A DNA stretch of 64,000 nucleotides from an uncultured delta proteobacterium (GTDB lineage Bacteria; Myxococcota; Myxococcia; Myxococcales; Myxococcaceae), in assembly GCA_963771175.1 (NCBI GenBank), contig CAVYSY010000032.1, forward strand, positions 637,766-701,765. Direction: 5' to 3'. This document shows, piece by piece, positions 54,093 to 63,985 of the stretch. Every line of letters begins with the position of its first letter. The first letter of the stretch is position 1. The notes under the pieces were generated by a model. That model did no database searches. It saw nothing but the letters and a program-made list of their open reading frames with translations, and was not told where the DNA came from. The translations under genes and the position numbers were made by a program.

Positions 54093-55173
54093 GATGACTG
54101 ACTCCTTGGGGTTGTTGGGTCGGTGCACCGGACAGGATCCACCGGATGAGGGTCTTCAAGTCCTCTTCGGGCACATGGGCCTGGGGAGGCATGGGGAGCT
54201 GCCCCCACGTCCCGGCGCCACCACTCTTGACCTTGCCGAGGAGGGTGGCCTCCGCGCCGGCGACGGTCCCGTACCGGGCGGCGATCTCACGGAAGCCCGG
54301 GCCGACGACCTTGTTGTCGATGCCATGGCAGGCGACACAGGCGGATCTCTTCGCCAGCTCGAACGCGGCGCTGGCGGCATCCGGGGCCGCCGAAGAGCTG
54401 GCGGCGGCCTTGCCCCGGCGATTGCCGCTGGTCGGCGCGAAGCTTCGCATCTGCTCGGCCAGGTCCCCGTGGAACCCCTGAGCGTGCGCTGGCAGCTCCG
54501 AGGTGAGGGTGACCTGGGCCGCGCAGTTCTTCATACACGCGCTGTTCTGCACGTCCGGCTTGCCGTCCTTGCGCATGAAGCCGTGTTGGGTGGTGAAGCC
54601 GTTGCGGTTCGGCATCTTCACCTGGAGGATGGACTTCTCGTCGAGCGTCGCGTCCGCGGGGAGGATGTCGTTGAGGTGGAGGACATACGCGGTCAGCGCA
54701 TAGACCTCGTCGGGCGTGAGCGTCTTCGGCTGGGTGAAGGGCATGGCCCGGTTGATGTAGTCCCACAGCGTCATCACGGTGTTGAGCTTGGTACCCACCG
54801 TGCGCAGGGGCTGGCCGCTCGAGAGGGTCGACGCCCGGCCCCGCTCGATGTCGCCCTGCTGCACACCGCCGGCGATCGCCATGTACTGGTTGTCCTCACC
54901 GAAGGTGCCGTGGCAACTCGCGCACTTGACGTCGTAGAGTTCCTGCCCGCTCGAGACCGAGCCCGAGCCCTTCGGCAGGCCCTGCCCGTCCGGCCGCACG
55001 TCGATGTCCCAGCCGGAGATCTCCCGCGGCGTGGCGGGCCGGCCAAAGCCATACACCGACCCTTCCGCGCGTGAGGAGGAAGGCAGCCCCAGCCCCACCG
55101 TGGCGCAGAGCGTGAGGAGGCCCGCCGCGAGCCTCCTGGGCCCCCGAAGCGAGCGATCAGGAGACCTGGACAT
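54085..55173 (-). CDS. soxD: SoxD diheme cytochrome c
   Basis: WDIDVRPDGQGLP, CASCH, DYINRAMP, MPNRNGF, second heme site CVACH. Confidence 0.92.
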   Translation of the reverse strand: MSRSPDRSLRGPRRLAAGLLTLCATVGLGLPSSSRAEGSVYGFGRPATPREISGWDIDVRPDGQGLPKGSGSVSSGQELYDVKCASCHGTFGEDNQYMAIAGGVQQGDIERGRASTLSSGQPLRTVGTKLNTVMTLWDYINRAMPFTQPKTLTPDEVYALTAYVLHLNDILPADATLDEKSILQVKMPNRNGFTTQHGFMRKDGKPDVQNSACMKNCAAQVTLTSELPAHAQGFHGDLAEQMRSFAPTSGNRRGKAAASSSAAPDAASAAFELAKRSACVACHGIDNKVVGPGFREIAARYGTVAGAEATLLGKVKSGGAGTWGQLPMPPQAHVPEEDLKTLIRWILSGAPTQQPQGVSHHE

Positions 55174-56548
55174 TGCTCACCTCCCCGGACTCGGCGACCC
55201 GCCAGGTCTGGATGGCGTTGTTGTGGTAGATCGACTTCGTCCCGCGCACGGCCCGGAGCTGGTTCATCTTCGGCTGCACGTACCCGGTCTCGTCCATCAC
55301 GCGGGACTGCAGGAGCGCGGGGGAGCCATCCCACCGCCAGTCGATGCGGAAGCGGGTCAGCGCCTTGGACAACACCGGCTCCTGCAGCCTGGCGGTGCGC
55401 CAGTTGCGACCGCCATCGGTGGAGACGTCGACGCGCTTGACCTTGCCGCGGCCCGACCAGGCGAGGCCGGTGATTTCGTAGAAGCCCTTGTCGAGCAACG
55501 CCTGGCCACCCGAGGGCGAGGTGATGACCGACTTGGCCTCCTGGAGCCAGGAGTACTGGCGGTGCAGACCGTCTGGCATCAGGTCGACGTAGTGCAGCGA
55601 CTCCTCGCGCGTGTTCCACGGCTGATCGCCCACTTCGATGCGGCGCAGCCACTTCACGCTGGATACCCCCTGGACGCCCGGGACCAGGAGCCGCAGCGGA
55701 TAGCCATTCTCGGGCCGCAGCATCTCGCCGTTCTGGCCATAGGCGACCAGCACGTCATCGAGCGCCAGCTCGATGGGGATCGTCCGCGTCAGCCCCGCGC
55801 CGTCACTGCCCTCGGCGAGGATGAACTTCGCCCGCTTCTTGTCGTAGCCCGCTTCCTCGAGCAGCAAGGAGAGTGGCACCCCCGTCCATTCGCTGCACGA
55901 GAGCATGCCGTGGGTGTACTGCACCGTCGGCACGGCGACGTTGGCCCACTCCATGCCGGAGTTCGCGCCGCACTCGATGAAGTGGATGCGCGACACCGAG
56001 GGGAAGCGCAGCAGTTCCTCCATGGTGAAGATCAGCGGCCTCTTGACCAGCCCGTTGATCATCAACCGGTGCTGCTGCGGATCGATGTCCGGCACGCCGG
56101 CGTGGTGGCGCTCGAAGTGGAGCCCGCTGGGGGTGATGATGCCGAAGAGGTTCTGCAGCGGCGTGAACCCCACGGAGGAGTGGGGCGTCGGCGTCAGCCC
56201 CGGGTTCTCACGGCGGCGGATGTTCTTCTCGTGGGGCGACGGCAGGCCATACGGGTTCGTGAGGATGGGGGAGCCGAGCATCTTGCTCCACTCGGGCACA
56301 TTGGGCGGGAGGTTCTTGTCGAGCGATTCCCTCACGGCCTGGCTGGTGCGCTCGGCCGCGCTCGCGCGCACCGAACCCGCCGCGGCCGCGGCACTGATCG
56401 CGACGAGCGCCTTGCCGAAGAACTTCCGCCGGGAAAGCTCGGCGGGCGAGAGGAAGCTCTCGGCCGCCGGCTGGATCCGGCCCCGGGAGCCCGAGTCCGC
56501 GTCCGCTTGCGGCGGCTGCCCCCTTCCGTGAGCGTCTTTGACTGCCAT
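55157..56548 (-). CDS. soxC: SoxC molybdopterin sulfur dehydrogenase subunit
   Basis: Tat SRRKF, ITPSGLHFERHH, FIECGAN, EWTGV, PENGYPLRL, YHNNAIQ. Confidence 0.95.
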   Translation of the reverse strand: MAVKDAHGRGQPPQADADSGSRGRIQPAAESFLSPAELSRRKFFGKALVAISAAAAAGSVRASAAERTSQAVRESLDKNLPPNVPEWSKMLGSPILTNPYGLPSPHEKNIRRRENPGLTPTPHSSVGFTPLQNLFGIITPSGLHFERHHAGVPDIDPQQHRLMINGLVKRPLIFTMEELLRFPSVSRIHFIECGANSGMEWANVAVPTVQYTHGMLSCSEWTGVPLSLLLEEAGYDKKRAKFILAEGSDGAGLTRTIPIELALDDVLVAYGQNGEMLRPENGYPLRLLVPGVQGVSSVKWLRRIEVGDQPWNTREESLHYVDLMPDGLHRQYSWLQEAKSVITSPSGGQALLDKGFYEITGLAWSGRGKVKRVDVSTDGGRNWRTARLQEPVLSKALTRFRIDWRWDGSPALLQSRVMDETGYVQPKMNQLRAVRGTKSIYHNNAIQTWRVAESGEVSNVQVS

Positions 56549-56658
56549 TCCCTGCCTCCTGACCAACGGATGGCCCCGTCGTCCTTCGCGGAGCGCGCAT
56601 CACCGGAATGAATGGATACGAAAATCGGAACTCGACCCACCCAGGTGGGGAGCCGGAC

Positions 56659-57045
56659 CTACTTTTTGCCCTTCTTGGCCGCCTTGCCCTGCTTCGGCAG
56701 GAAGTCGAGGACGTAGTAGGTGAGCGCCCAGCGCTCCTCCTCGGGGAGGGTGCTGAAAGCGACCATCGTGGAGCCGGGCAAGCCCGTGGAGATCGACTGG
56801 AAGATCTCCTCGGGCTTGTTGCCCTTCTTGAACGGCTCGGAGACGAAGTTGCGAGGCTTCGGGTTCAGGTACGCGCCCGTGGGCCCTTGGCCATCGCCCT
56901 TCTCCCCGTGACAGGCCTGGCAGTTCCGGGTGTACGAGGTCTTGCCCTTCTCGCGCAGCTCCGGCGTGGGCTTCGGCGACGCGGCCCACACAGACGAACC
57001 CAGGCACACCGCCAGAACGGTCACTCCCAGCTTCTTCAGCGTCAC
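56659..57045 (-). CDS. Small monoheme c-type cytochrome
   Basis: Signal peptide, CQACH, GDG.GP, PKPRNF, GSTMVAF. Confidence 0.85.
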   Translation of the reverse strand: MTLKKLGVTVLAVCLGSSVWAASPKPTPELREKGKTSYTRNCQACHGEKGDGQGPTGAYLNPKPRNFVSEPFKKGNKPEEIFQSISTGLPGSTMVAFSTLPEEERWALTYYVLDFLPKQGKAAKKGKK

Positions 57046-57246
57046 TGCTCTCTCCTGACTTCATGGTTTCGAGCGAGGCGACACGCCACGCGTCGAAAGT
57101 GAGAGCCAAATCGCAGAAAAAGGATTCACCACATCCATCAGGACGCGATGAAACGCGGCGCGTCATAGGTGACGCATCGCGCCACATGGAAAGCGGCACA
57201 TCAATGGAAAACGGGTGTATCCTGTGTTTCCTTCCTTCGAGCACCC

Positions 57247-58341
57247 ATGAGAGCCCCCTCGAAAGCCATTGGAGTCCTGGCGTGTGTCGCGCTGCTCGGG
57301 CTCACGGCCTGGCGGTATGTCGCGGACTCCGAGAGCGGCGCCGCGAGTGCCTCCAGGCCCCCGGTCCCCGTCGCCTCGGGGAACTCCCAGGCACGGTCCC
57401 TGGTGACAGGGAAGGAAGGGACGACTGCCGCGGCGGCCGGAGGCCCCACGGAGGCTTCCTCTCCTGATTCACGGGAGCTCGAGGCACGGCTCCTGGTGGC
57501 ACAGGCCAGACACAGGTTGGGCACGGCCTACGAGCGCGCCGCCGCGCGGGGGGATTTCGCACTCACCCCCAGCCGTATCCTGAAGAGCCTCCTCGACAGG
57601 CGCTGTGGGGCCCTGCGGCGCCACACCGAAGAGCTCGCCCCCTACCGGGCCCGGCTCCTGCCGGACGGTGCCGACCCGTGCCACGCCCTCCTGTTCTCCT
57701 ATCTGAAGGAGCGCTTCGCCCTCCCCGATGACATCACCCAGGAGCGGCTCTGGAGCATGCTGGAGCGGGTCGACGCCGAGTACGACCGGCTCGTGGTGAG
57801 ACAGCTCCCGTTCGCTTCGGACGATGCGTTCCTCGCCGCCCATGAGCGCTTCCGCGAGGCGCGCCGCGACCTCCTCGGCCCATCACTCGACCAGCGGCTC
57901 CTCGGCCTCTCCGATGAGCTCTTCCAGCTGCCCTACCGGGTGGACCATCTCGTCACCGACTCCCAGGCCCCGGTGGAGCAGAAGCTCGCCGCCTACCAGG
58001 AGCTGCTCCAGCGGCTCGAGCACGAGCACGGCGTGCGGCTCGCCTCCGTGGTGGAGCCGGTGGAACTGGCGAAGTTCGAGCTGCGGATCCGCGAGACGGC
58101 CGGTCCCGTCGAGCCGGAGCAGCAGCGGGCCGTGCTCGAACGCCATGCCGGCTCCGAGTCCACCGGGCGGTATCTGGAGCACCAGCAGGAGCAGCGGGAC
58201 CGGAGCGAGCGCCTGAGCGCCTTCAACCAGGAGCGGGCGCGGCTCCTCGAGCAGATGACCCGCTCCGGTCTGACACCGGAGCAGTTGCGTCAGCGGATGC
58301 CCGCCATCGATCGGCAATTACTCACCAAATACCAATTATGA
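57247..58341 (+). CDS. Membrane-anchored alpha-helical protein, lipase-chaperone (Lif)-like architecture
   Basis: N-terminal TM, Ala/Pro/Ser linker, long charged helical domain; ATGA overlap with the next gene. Family assignment is an inference. Confidence 0.5.
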   Translation: MRAPSKAIGVLACVALLGLTAWRYVADSESGAASASRPPVPVASGNSQARSLVTGKEGTTAAAAGGPTEASSPDSRELEARLLVAQARHRLGTAYERAAARGDFALTPSRILKSLLDRRCGALRRHTEELAPYRARLLPDGADPCHALLFSYLKERFALPDDITQERLWSMLERVDAEYDRLVVRQLPFASDDAFLAAHERFREARRDLLGPSLDQRLLGLSDELFQLPYRVDHLVTDSQAPVEQKLAAYQELLQRLEHEHGVRLASVVEPVELAKFELRIRETAGPVEPEQQRAVLERHAGSESTGRYLEHQQEQRDRSERLSAFNQERARLLEQMTRSGLTPEQLRQRMPAIDRQLLTKYQL

Positions 58342-59510
58342 AAGCTCGCATGCCCAACCTCCCCTCTTGCGTACTGACTGTCCTGCTGGGGCTGGCCGTC
58401 CCCGGAGCCGCCCTGGCCGACTCCACCCCCTCGTTCGACAGCTATTACTCGAACCATCCCCGGGAGTGGTTCGACGCCTCGAGCGAGGTGGATTACTTCA
58501 ACACCGCGCTCACCCGCTCCTGGCGGCTCAACGAGACCTGCGACGACGCCGGTGCGTTCACCGTGGCGTCCTACAACATCTTCCACAACGTCCCGTTCGT
58601 CACCGACTTCGGCGACGAGATGGAGCAGAGCCTCGGCAAGGTGGCCAAGTGCGCGGACATCCTCCTGTTCCAGGAGGCCTGGGACTACGATGACATCATC
58701 CTGGATGGTCCCAAGGCCGACCTGGCCGCGCGCGGCTACAGCATGATGACCCCCACCGGCTATTACTGCGATGACCCCGCCGACGGTGCCATCGAGAACG
58801 ACTGCAGCGGCCTGGTGATGTTCTACAAGAGCGGCACCTCGCTGGTGAAGGAGCTCGGCTTCAAGGCCTTCAGCAACGTGACGGGCTTCGACGCGTACAA
58901 GGAGAAGGGCGTCTGGGGGGCGATCTTCGCCAAGGAGGGGCGCTACTACTACGTCTTCGACACCCACCTCACCTACGGCGACAACAGCCACCTCGATGGA
59001 CATGCCGGCTCGGACAGCTCCCGCATCTCCAACATGCAGGAGTCGCTGGACTTCATCCGCGGACTGGTGAACGCCAACAAGGCCAGCTACCCCCCCGCGC
59101 TCGTCCTCTTCGGGGGCGACTTCAACGCCGACTTCGACAGCACCGTCGCCAGCTCCAAGGGCTACCAGCTCCTGGTGCAGGCATCCGCCAGCGGGGCGTT
59201 CCTCGAGCCCTATGCCTACCGCGGCACCGGCGCCGTGATGGGCGGCTTCGAGCTGGCTGGCTTCAAGTCCAACTGGCCCGGCACGACCATCGACAACGGA
59301 CCGAACAGCATGGCCAGCGGCAACAAGGGCGACTTCGACACCGTGCTGCTCGGCAAGCCCAGCTACTTCGGCACCTGCCCGGCGGCCAGCATCTCGTATA
59401 GCGGCTGGGCGCCCGCCTGGCAGACGCTCGATACCAGCCAGCGGAAGTGGCCCTTCTACACCCACTCCGACCACTACGGCCGGTGGCTGAAGGTGAAGCC
59501 CGGTTGCTAG
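58338..59510 (+). CDS. Secreted EEP-superfamily phosphodiesterase (sphingomyelinase/phospholipase C-like)
   Basis: Signal peptide, SYNI, FQEAW, SGL, EKG, THL, GGDFN, FD, SDHYG. Confidence 0.8.
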   Translation: MKARMPNLPSCVLTVLLGLAVPGAALADSTPSFDSYYSNHPREWFDASSEVDYFNTALTRSWRLNETCDDAGAFTVASYNIFHNVPFVTDFGDEMEQSLGKVAKCADILLFQEAWDYDDIILDGPKADLAARGYSMMTPTGYYCDDPADGAIENDCSGLVMFYKSGTSLVKELGFKAFSNVTGFDAYKEKGVWGAIFAKEGRYYYVFDTHLTYGDNSHLDGHAGSDSSRISNMQESLDFIRGLVNANKASYPPALVLFGGDFNADFDSTVASSKGYQLLVQASASGAFLEPYAYRGTGAVMGGFELAGFKSNWPGTTIDNGPNSMASGNKGDFDTVLLGKPSYFGTCPAASISYSGWAPAWQTLDTSQRKWPFYTHSDHYGRWLKVKPGC

Positions 59511-59525
59511 GCACCAGGGGCGCAG

Positions 59526-60914
59526 GTGGCGCTGCTCGCCGCGCTCGGCGCCCTGCTGGTGGGCGTCTCGGCCCACCTCATCCTGCTCTTCCCCGCCAAC
59601 CTGCTCGGCCTCGTCGCCGGGTTCGCGTGCTACTTCCACGTGCTCGGCCGGAGCGGGACACCGCGCGCCGGGTTCCTCTCCGGCTACCTGTTCGGCCTGC
59701 TGCTGGCGGCCAGCAGCCTGTATTGGCTCGTCGACGTCCTCTACGTGCTGACGCCCCGCGAGCGCATCGCAGGCGCCGCCGTGCTCGGCGGGTTCCTGCT
59801 GCTGGTCGCCCTGCCCTACGGCCTGTGGGGGCTCGTGGCGGCCCCGCTGGCACGCCATCCGCTGGCTGTGTATTCGCAGGCCCTCGGGCTGTGGCTCGTG
59901 CAAGGGCTCGTCCACGACGTCTGGCTCGGCTTTCCGTGGCTGCATTCCGGCTACTGGCTTGCCCACGGGCCATTCGGCGCCTGGCTGGGCCTCGTCGGTG
60001 CCCACGCGGCGGGACTGCTGCCGCTCCACCTCGCGGCGTGTCTCGGGCTCTGGAGCAGGCTCCCAAGGGCCCGGGCCCAGTTCCTCCTGGCGGTGGGGGT
60101 GTTCAGCGCCGTCCTGTTCATTCCGGGGAGCCCCCGCCCGGATGCGGGTGCCAGGCCCGTCCAGGTGGCCGTCGTCGCCATCGACGAGGCGAACGCGGGC
60201 GACCGCGAGCGGGATGACCTCGAGCTGCTCACCCGGTACATCGTAGCCACCCAGCGGGCCGAGGCGGAGTGGATCATCTGGCCGGAGTCCGTCATCCGCG
60301 ATGGCGACGCGAGCATCGGCCCTCTGCGCGAGATGCTGGCCCTGACGGGCCGGAGGCTCTTCGCCGGTGCACTGCTGCGGGCTCCCGCCGGGAGGTACAA
60401 CACCCTCGTCGAGCTGGGGAGCGGTGAGCCGGTCTATTACAAACAGAAGCTCGTGCCATTCTCGGAGTACCTGCCCGGCGAGACCTTCCGGCGACTCTTC
60501 GCATGGCTCGACATCAACACCCTCAAGACGCAGGTGATGGCGGGGAGCGAGCCCCAGCCGCCGCTCGACGTGGACGGCGTGGCTGTGATTCCCCTCATCT
60601 GTTACGAGGCCGCCTTCACCGGGTTGATCCGGCCGGACGAGCGGCCCGCGGTGCTGCTCCACATCGGCAACGAGAGTTGGTTCCGAAGCGGCCTCCTGCA
60701 TCGCATGACCCTGGCGATGGGCGTGGCCCGCTCGCTCGAGTACGGACTCCCGCTCGTGCGCTCCGTGACGGGCGGGTACAGCGGCTTTTTCGATCCCTCT
60801 TCCGGTGGCCGCTGGGTGGATGCGGAAGACCGCGGCGCGGAGGAGAGCCAGCGTGCGTGGCTCATCCCCCGGCCGGTGGCGACGCCCTACGGCCTGATGA
60901 ACCGCGGGAGATGA
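59526..60914 (+). CDS. lnt: Apolipoprotein N-acyltransferase-like protein
   Basis: TM region with GFPW, catalytic WPES, KQKLVPFSEY, LICYE, then NESWF. Confidence 0.8.
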   Translation: MALLAALGALLVGVSAHLILLFPANLLGLVAGFACYFHVLGRSGTPRAGFLSGYLFGLLLAASSLYWLVDVLYVLTPRERIAGAAVLGGFLLLVALPYGLWGLVAAPLARHPLAVYSQALGLWLVQGLVHDVWLGFPWLHSGYWLAHGPFGAWLGLVGAHAAGLLPLHLAACLGLWSRLPRARAQFLLAVGVFSAVLFIPGSPRPDAGARPVQVAVVAIDEANAGDRERDDLELLTRYIVATQRAEAEWIIWPESVIRDGDASIGPLREMLALTGRRLFAGALLRAPAGRYNTLVELGSGEPVYYKQKLVPFSEYLPGETFRRLFAWLDINTLKTQVMAGSEPQPPLDVDGVAVIPLICYEAAFTGLIRPDERPAVLLHIGNESWFRSGLLHRMTLAMGVARSLEYGLPLVRSVTGGYSGFFDPSSGGRWVDAEDRGAEESQRAWLIPRPVATPYGLMNRGR

Positions 60915-60966
60915 CGCCCTCCCGCGGCGGCAGGCGCTGGAGCTCGAGACCCTGAAACCTCGGGGC

Positions 60967-61782
60967 TCAGCCCACCTTGCTGGTGATGCCCAGCGTGTCC
61001 GCGTAGCTGTGGAGCCCACGGATGTGGTTGCCACCATCCACGGCGAGGGTGTCGCCGGTGATCCACGACGCGAGGTCACTGCACAGGAACGACACCACCT
61101 TCGCCACGTCCTCCGGCTCGCCGCACGTCTTCCCGAGCGGCGTGTGGGCGAGGAATTCCCGCCCCATGGGCCCCTGCAGGAGCCCGGCCCCATCGGCGAG
61201 CGGCGTGTTGATGGCCCCCGGAGCCACGACGTTCACCCGGATCCCATACCGCCCCAGCTCCGAGGCCGCGACCTTCGAGAAGTTCGCGAGCCCCGCCTTG
61301 GAGGCGCAGTAGTGGGAGAGCCCATCCGTCACGGCCGTCTGGTTCAGCGAGGAGATGTTGACGATGGACCCTGGCTGCTTCGCCGCGACGAGCGCCCGCG
61401 CGAGCGCCCGGGTGAACAGGTAGGGCCCCTTCAGGTTGGTGGCCAGGACCCGATCGAAGTCCTCCTCGCCCAGTTCGAGGATCGGGGTGATCGTGGCCGT
61501 CCCGGCGTTGTTCACCAGGATGCCCGGCAGACCGAACTCCCGCGTGGCGACCTCGATCGCCCGGCTCACGTCCTCCGCCCGGACCACGTCTCCCGCGAAG
61601 GGCACGGCCCGCGCACGCCCCGCCATCGCGCGGTTGAGCTGCTCGGCCGCCGCCTCCACCTTCTCCAGGGTCCGGCCAAAGAGCAGCACATTGGCTCCGT
61701 CCCGCATGAGGCGCGAGGCGACTCCCAGCCCGATTCCCTGCCCCGCTCCCGTCACGATTGCACTGCTCGATATGAGCTTCAT
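60967..61782 (-). CDS. SDR family oxidoreductase
   Basis: TGAGQGIG, NNAG, YCASK, ITG....VDGG. Confidence 0.92.
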   Translation of the reverse strand: MKLISSSAIVTGAGQGIGLGVASRLMRDGANVLLFGRTLEKVEAAAEQLNRAMAGRARAVPFAGDVVRAEDVSRAIEVATREFGLPGILVNNAGTATITPILELGEEDFDRVLATNLKGPYLFTRALARALVAAKQPGSIVNISSLNQTAVTDGLSHYCASKAGLANFSKVAASELGRYGIRVNVVAPGAINTPLADGAGLLQGPMGREFLAHTPLGKTCGEPEDVAKVVSFLCSDLASWITGDTLAVDGGNHIRGLHSYADTLGITSKVG

Positions 61783-61979
61783 CCTGGCTCCTCTTTGTCT
61801 CGGTATATTGAAAAACTACATGGCCTGTGAGGGGACGGGGATTGGCCCCGGCTCGGGCCTCGCGGCCACGCTCAATCTACACCCATACGAGAGGGGCCCG
61901 CCTGGACCAGCTCTGGAGACACCTGCGGTACCCGGTGGTCCTCGCCGATCGCCCCCTGGCGGTGCCGTCAGGTACGACA

Positions 61980-62879
61980 TCACTCCGCGGACCGGAGCAC
62001 CTCCTGGAAGAGCTCGACCAGCTTGTCCAGTCGCCGTCGGTCGTGGCGCCGCGAAGGCGTGGCCGCACGCAAGACAAGGGGCGGCAAGTGATAGTCAGGA
62101 AGCACGTGTACGAGCTTCTCCCGGCCGCTCGCCGCGCGCAGCTCCCCCCTCGGGCGAAGGCCAATCCCAAGCCCACCATGGAGAGCGGCCACGAGCACGC
62201 GGCTGTCGTTGCACTCGAATCGGCCGGAGATCTCCGTCACGAGCTCCCGTCCGGACTTGTCGACGAGCGTCCAGTATCGCTGTCGCGCAGGTGAGAGAAA
62301 CCGCAGGCACTCGTGCCGTCGGAGTTCCTCCGGGCGCTTCGGGCATCCCCGCTCGCGGGCGTACGCGGGGGCGCACGCGAGCACGGGGGTGAGGACACCG
62401 ATGCGCTGGACGCGGTACGTGGCGTTCAGCTGCGTGTCAGCAGACAGCGCGAGGTCGATGGCATTCGCGACGAGCTCGAGGCGCTCGTCCGTCACGAGGA
62501 GTTGCACGGCGAACTCCGAGTGGGAGCGCAGGAGTGCCCCCAGGCGCTCGATGAGCCCGTACTCCGCGAGGAGCGTCGGCACCGCGACGCGAATGAGACC
62601 GGACAGCGTGTCGGGCTCGCTCACGAGGTCGCGCTCGGCGGCCTCGACGGTGTCAAGCAGTGCCAGGGCTCGCTCCCGAAACCGCATGCCGCGGGGCGTG
62701 AGACCGATGCGCCGCGTGGACCTCTCGAGCAGCCGTACCCCGAGACGTTCCTCGAGGGCGGCGAGCCGGCGACTGACCAGGTTCTTCGTCATCCCGAGCA
62801 CTGTCGCCGCCTTCGTCAAGCTGCCCGACTCGACGACCTGGAGGAACACCCGTACCTCTTCGATGCTCTCGATTCGCAT
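61980..62879 (-). CDS. LysR-family regulator (CrgA-like)
   Basis: GSLTKAA..VSRRLAALEERLGVRLLERSTR HTH followed by a substrate-binding domain. Confidence 0.92.
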   Translation of the reverse strand: MRIESIEEVRVFLQVVESGSLTKAATVLGMTKNLVSRRLAALEERLGVRLLERSTRRIGLTPRGMRFRERALALLDTVEAAERDLVSEPDTLSGLIRVAVPTLLAEYGLIERLGALLRSHSEFAVQLLVTDERLELVANAIDLALSADTQLNATYRVQRIGVLTPVLACAPAYARERGCPKRPEELRRHECLRFLSPARQRYWTLVDKSGRELVTEISGRFECNDSRVLVAALHGGLGIGLRPRGELRAASGREKLVHVLPDYHLPPLVLRAATPSRRHDRRRLDKLVELFQEVLRSAE

Positions 62880-62887
62880 CCTCGGAT

Positions 62888-62906
62888 TGTCTCGGAATCT
62901 GGGACA
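62888..62906. promoter_or_regulatory. Imperfect palindrome, possible LysR binding site
   Basis: TGTCTC-GGAATCT-GGGACA in the divergent intergenic region, next to the LysR start. Confidence 0.3.
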
Positions 62907-63022
62907 CTGTTACACAGGATTGTGCTCTTTCGTGGGACGACGGAAGGGCCTATTCCTGGGAGGACGAAGGGAAGAGACAACGCGCTCGTGCCGACGCGGC
63001 GTCCCCCCGAAAAGGAAACACC

Positions 63023-63985
63023 GTGAATACTCCCCGCCTCCCCATGCTGAGGGCGCTCGTCTTCGCGCTGCTCTCCGGCTGTGCAACGAGCCCCCACTCC
63101 GTCGCGGAGCACCGAAGCAGTCTCGCCACCAGCTCCGTCGATGTCGGGGCTCTCGCCTACGTCGACGCGGGGCCGAAGGACGGTGAAGTCATCGTGCTCG
63201 TGCACGGGATACCGACATCGAGCTATTTGTACCGGAACATCATCCCCACGCTCGTGGCGAAGGGGTACCGCGTCGTGGCGCCAGATCTCGTCGGGTTCGG
63301 CGCCAGTGTGAAGCCAGAGGGCGAGGAGGCCTACGACTTCAAGAAGCAGTCACGACGCCTCTTCACACTGCTCGATGCCCTCGGCATCCGCCGCTTCAGC
63401 CTCGTCGTGCACGACCTCGGCGGGTTCGTGGCATTCGAGAGCCTCGATACCGACGCGACGCGCATCGAGCGGCTGCTCGTCCTCGACACCACGGCCTATC
63501 TCGACGGGTTCTCCCCCCCGTCCGAGATGCGCGCGCTGGGCGGTTGGCGGGGTGGAATCATGTCGGCGATGATGTCCGGCAGCTTGCTGGGCCGACAGTT
63601 GACGGGCTCGTTCATTCGCGATCATGTGGCCTACCCGGAGCGCATCGACGACGCCGCCATCGACAACTACTGGTGGCCGATTCACGAGGGAACAACGATG
63701 CCCATGCGCGCCGTCGCCAGGAGCTTCGATGCCATCATGGCGGAGTTCCCACGATACCAGGCCGCGCTCCGGAAGTTCGAGGGACCGGCGATGCTCCTCT
63801 GGGGAAAGAAGGACGAGGTCCTCGACTTCGCGAAGATCAGTCGCCAGTTCGCCCGGGACCTTCGGATCTCCCCGGAGCATGTCCGCGGTATCGACGATGC
63901 GGGGCACTTCCTGCAGGAGGACCATCCCGAAATCGTCGCCCACACCATCGTGGAACTGATGTCCCTGGCACCGCACGGCTCTTGA
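63023..63985 (+). CDS. Alpha/beta hydrolase (haloalkane dehalogenase/epoxide hydrolase-like) lipoprotein
   Basis: Lipobox LSGC; HGIPTSSYLYRNII, PDLVGFG, VHDLGG (Asp nucleophile), AGHFLQED. Confidence 0.85.
   Translation: MNTPRLPMLRALVFALLSGCATSPHSVAEHRSSLATSSVDVGALAYVDAGPKDGEVIVLVHGIPTSSYLYRNIIPTLVAKGYRVVAPDLVGFGASVKPEGEEAYDFKKQSRRLFTLLDALGIRRFSLVVHDLGGFVAFESLDTDATRIERLLVLDTTAYLDGFSPPSEMRALGGWRGGIMSAMMSGSLLGRQLTGSFIRDHVAYPERIDDAAIDNYWWPIHEGTTMPMRAVARSFDAIMAEFPRYQAALRKFEGPAMLLWGKKDEVLDFAKISRQFARDLRISPEHVRGIDDAGHFLQEDHPEIVAHTIVELMSLAPHGS

Noticed and set aside
58290..61193. 967-aa minus-strand ORF
   Set aside because: Antisense to the EEP and lnt genes; typical stop-poor reverse frame.
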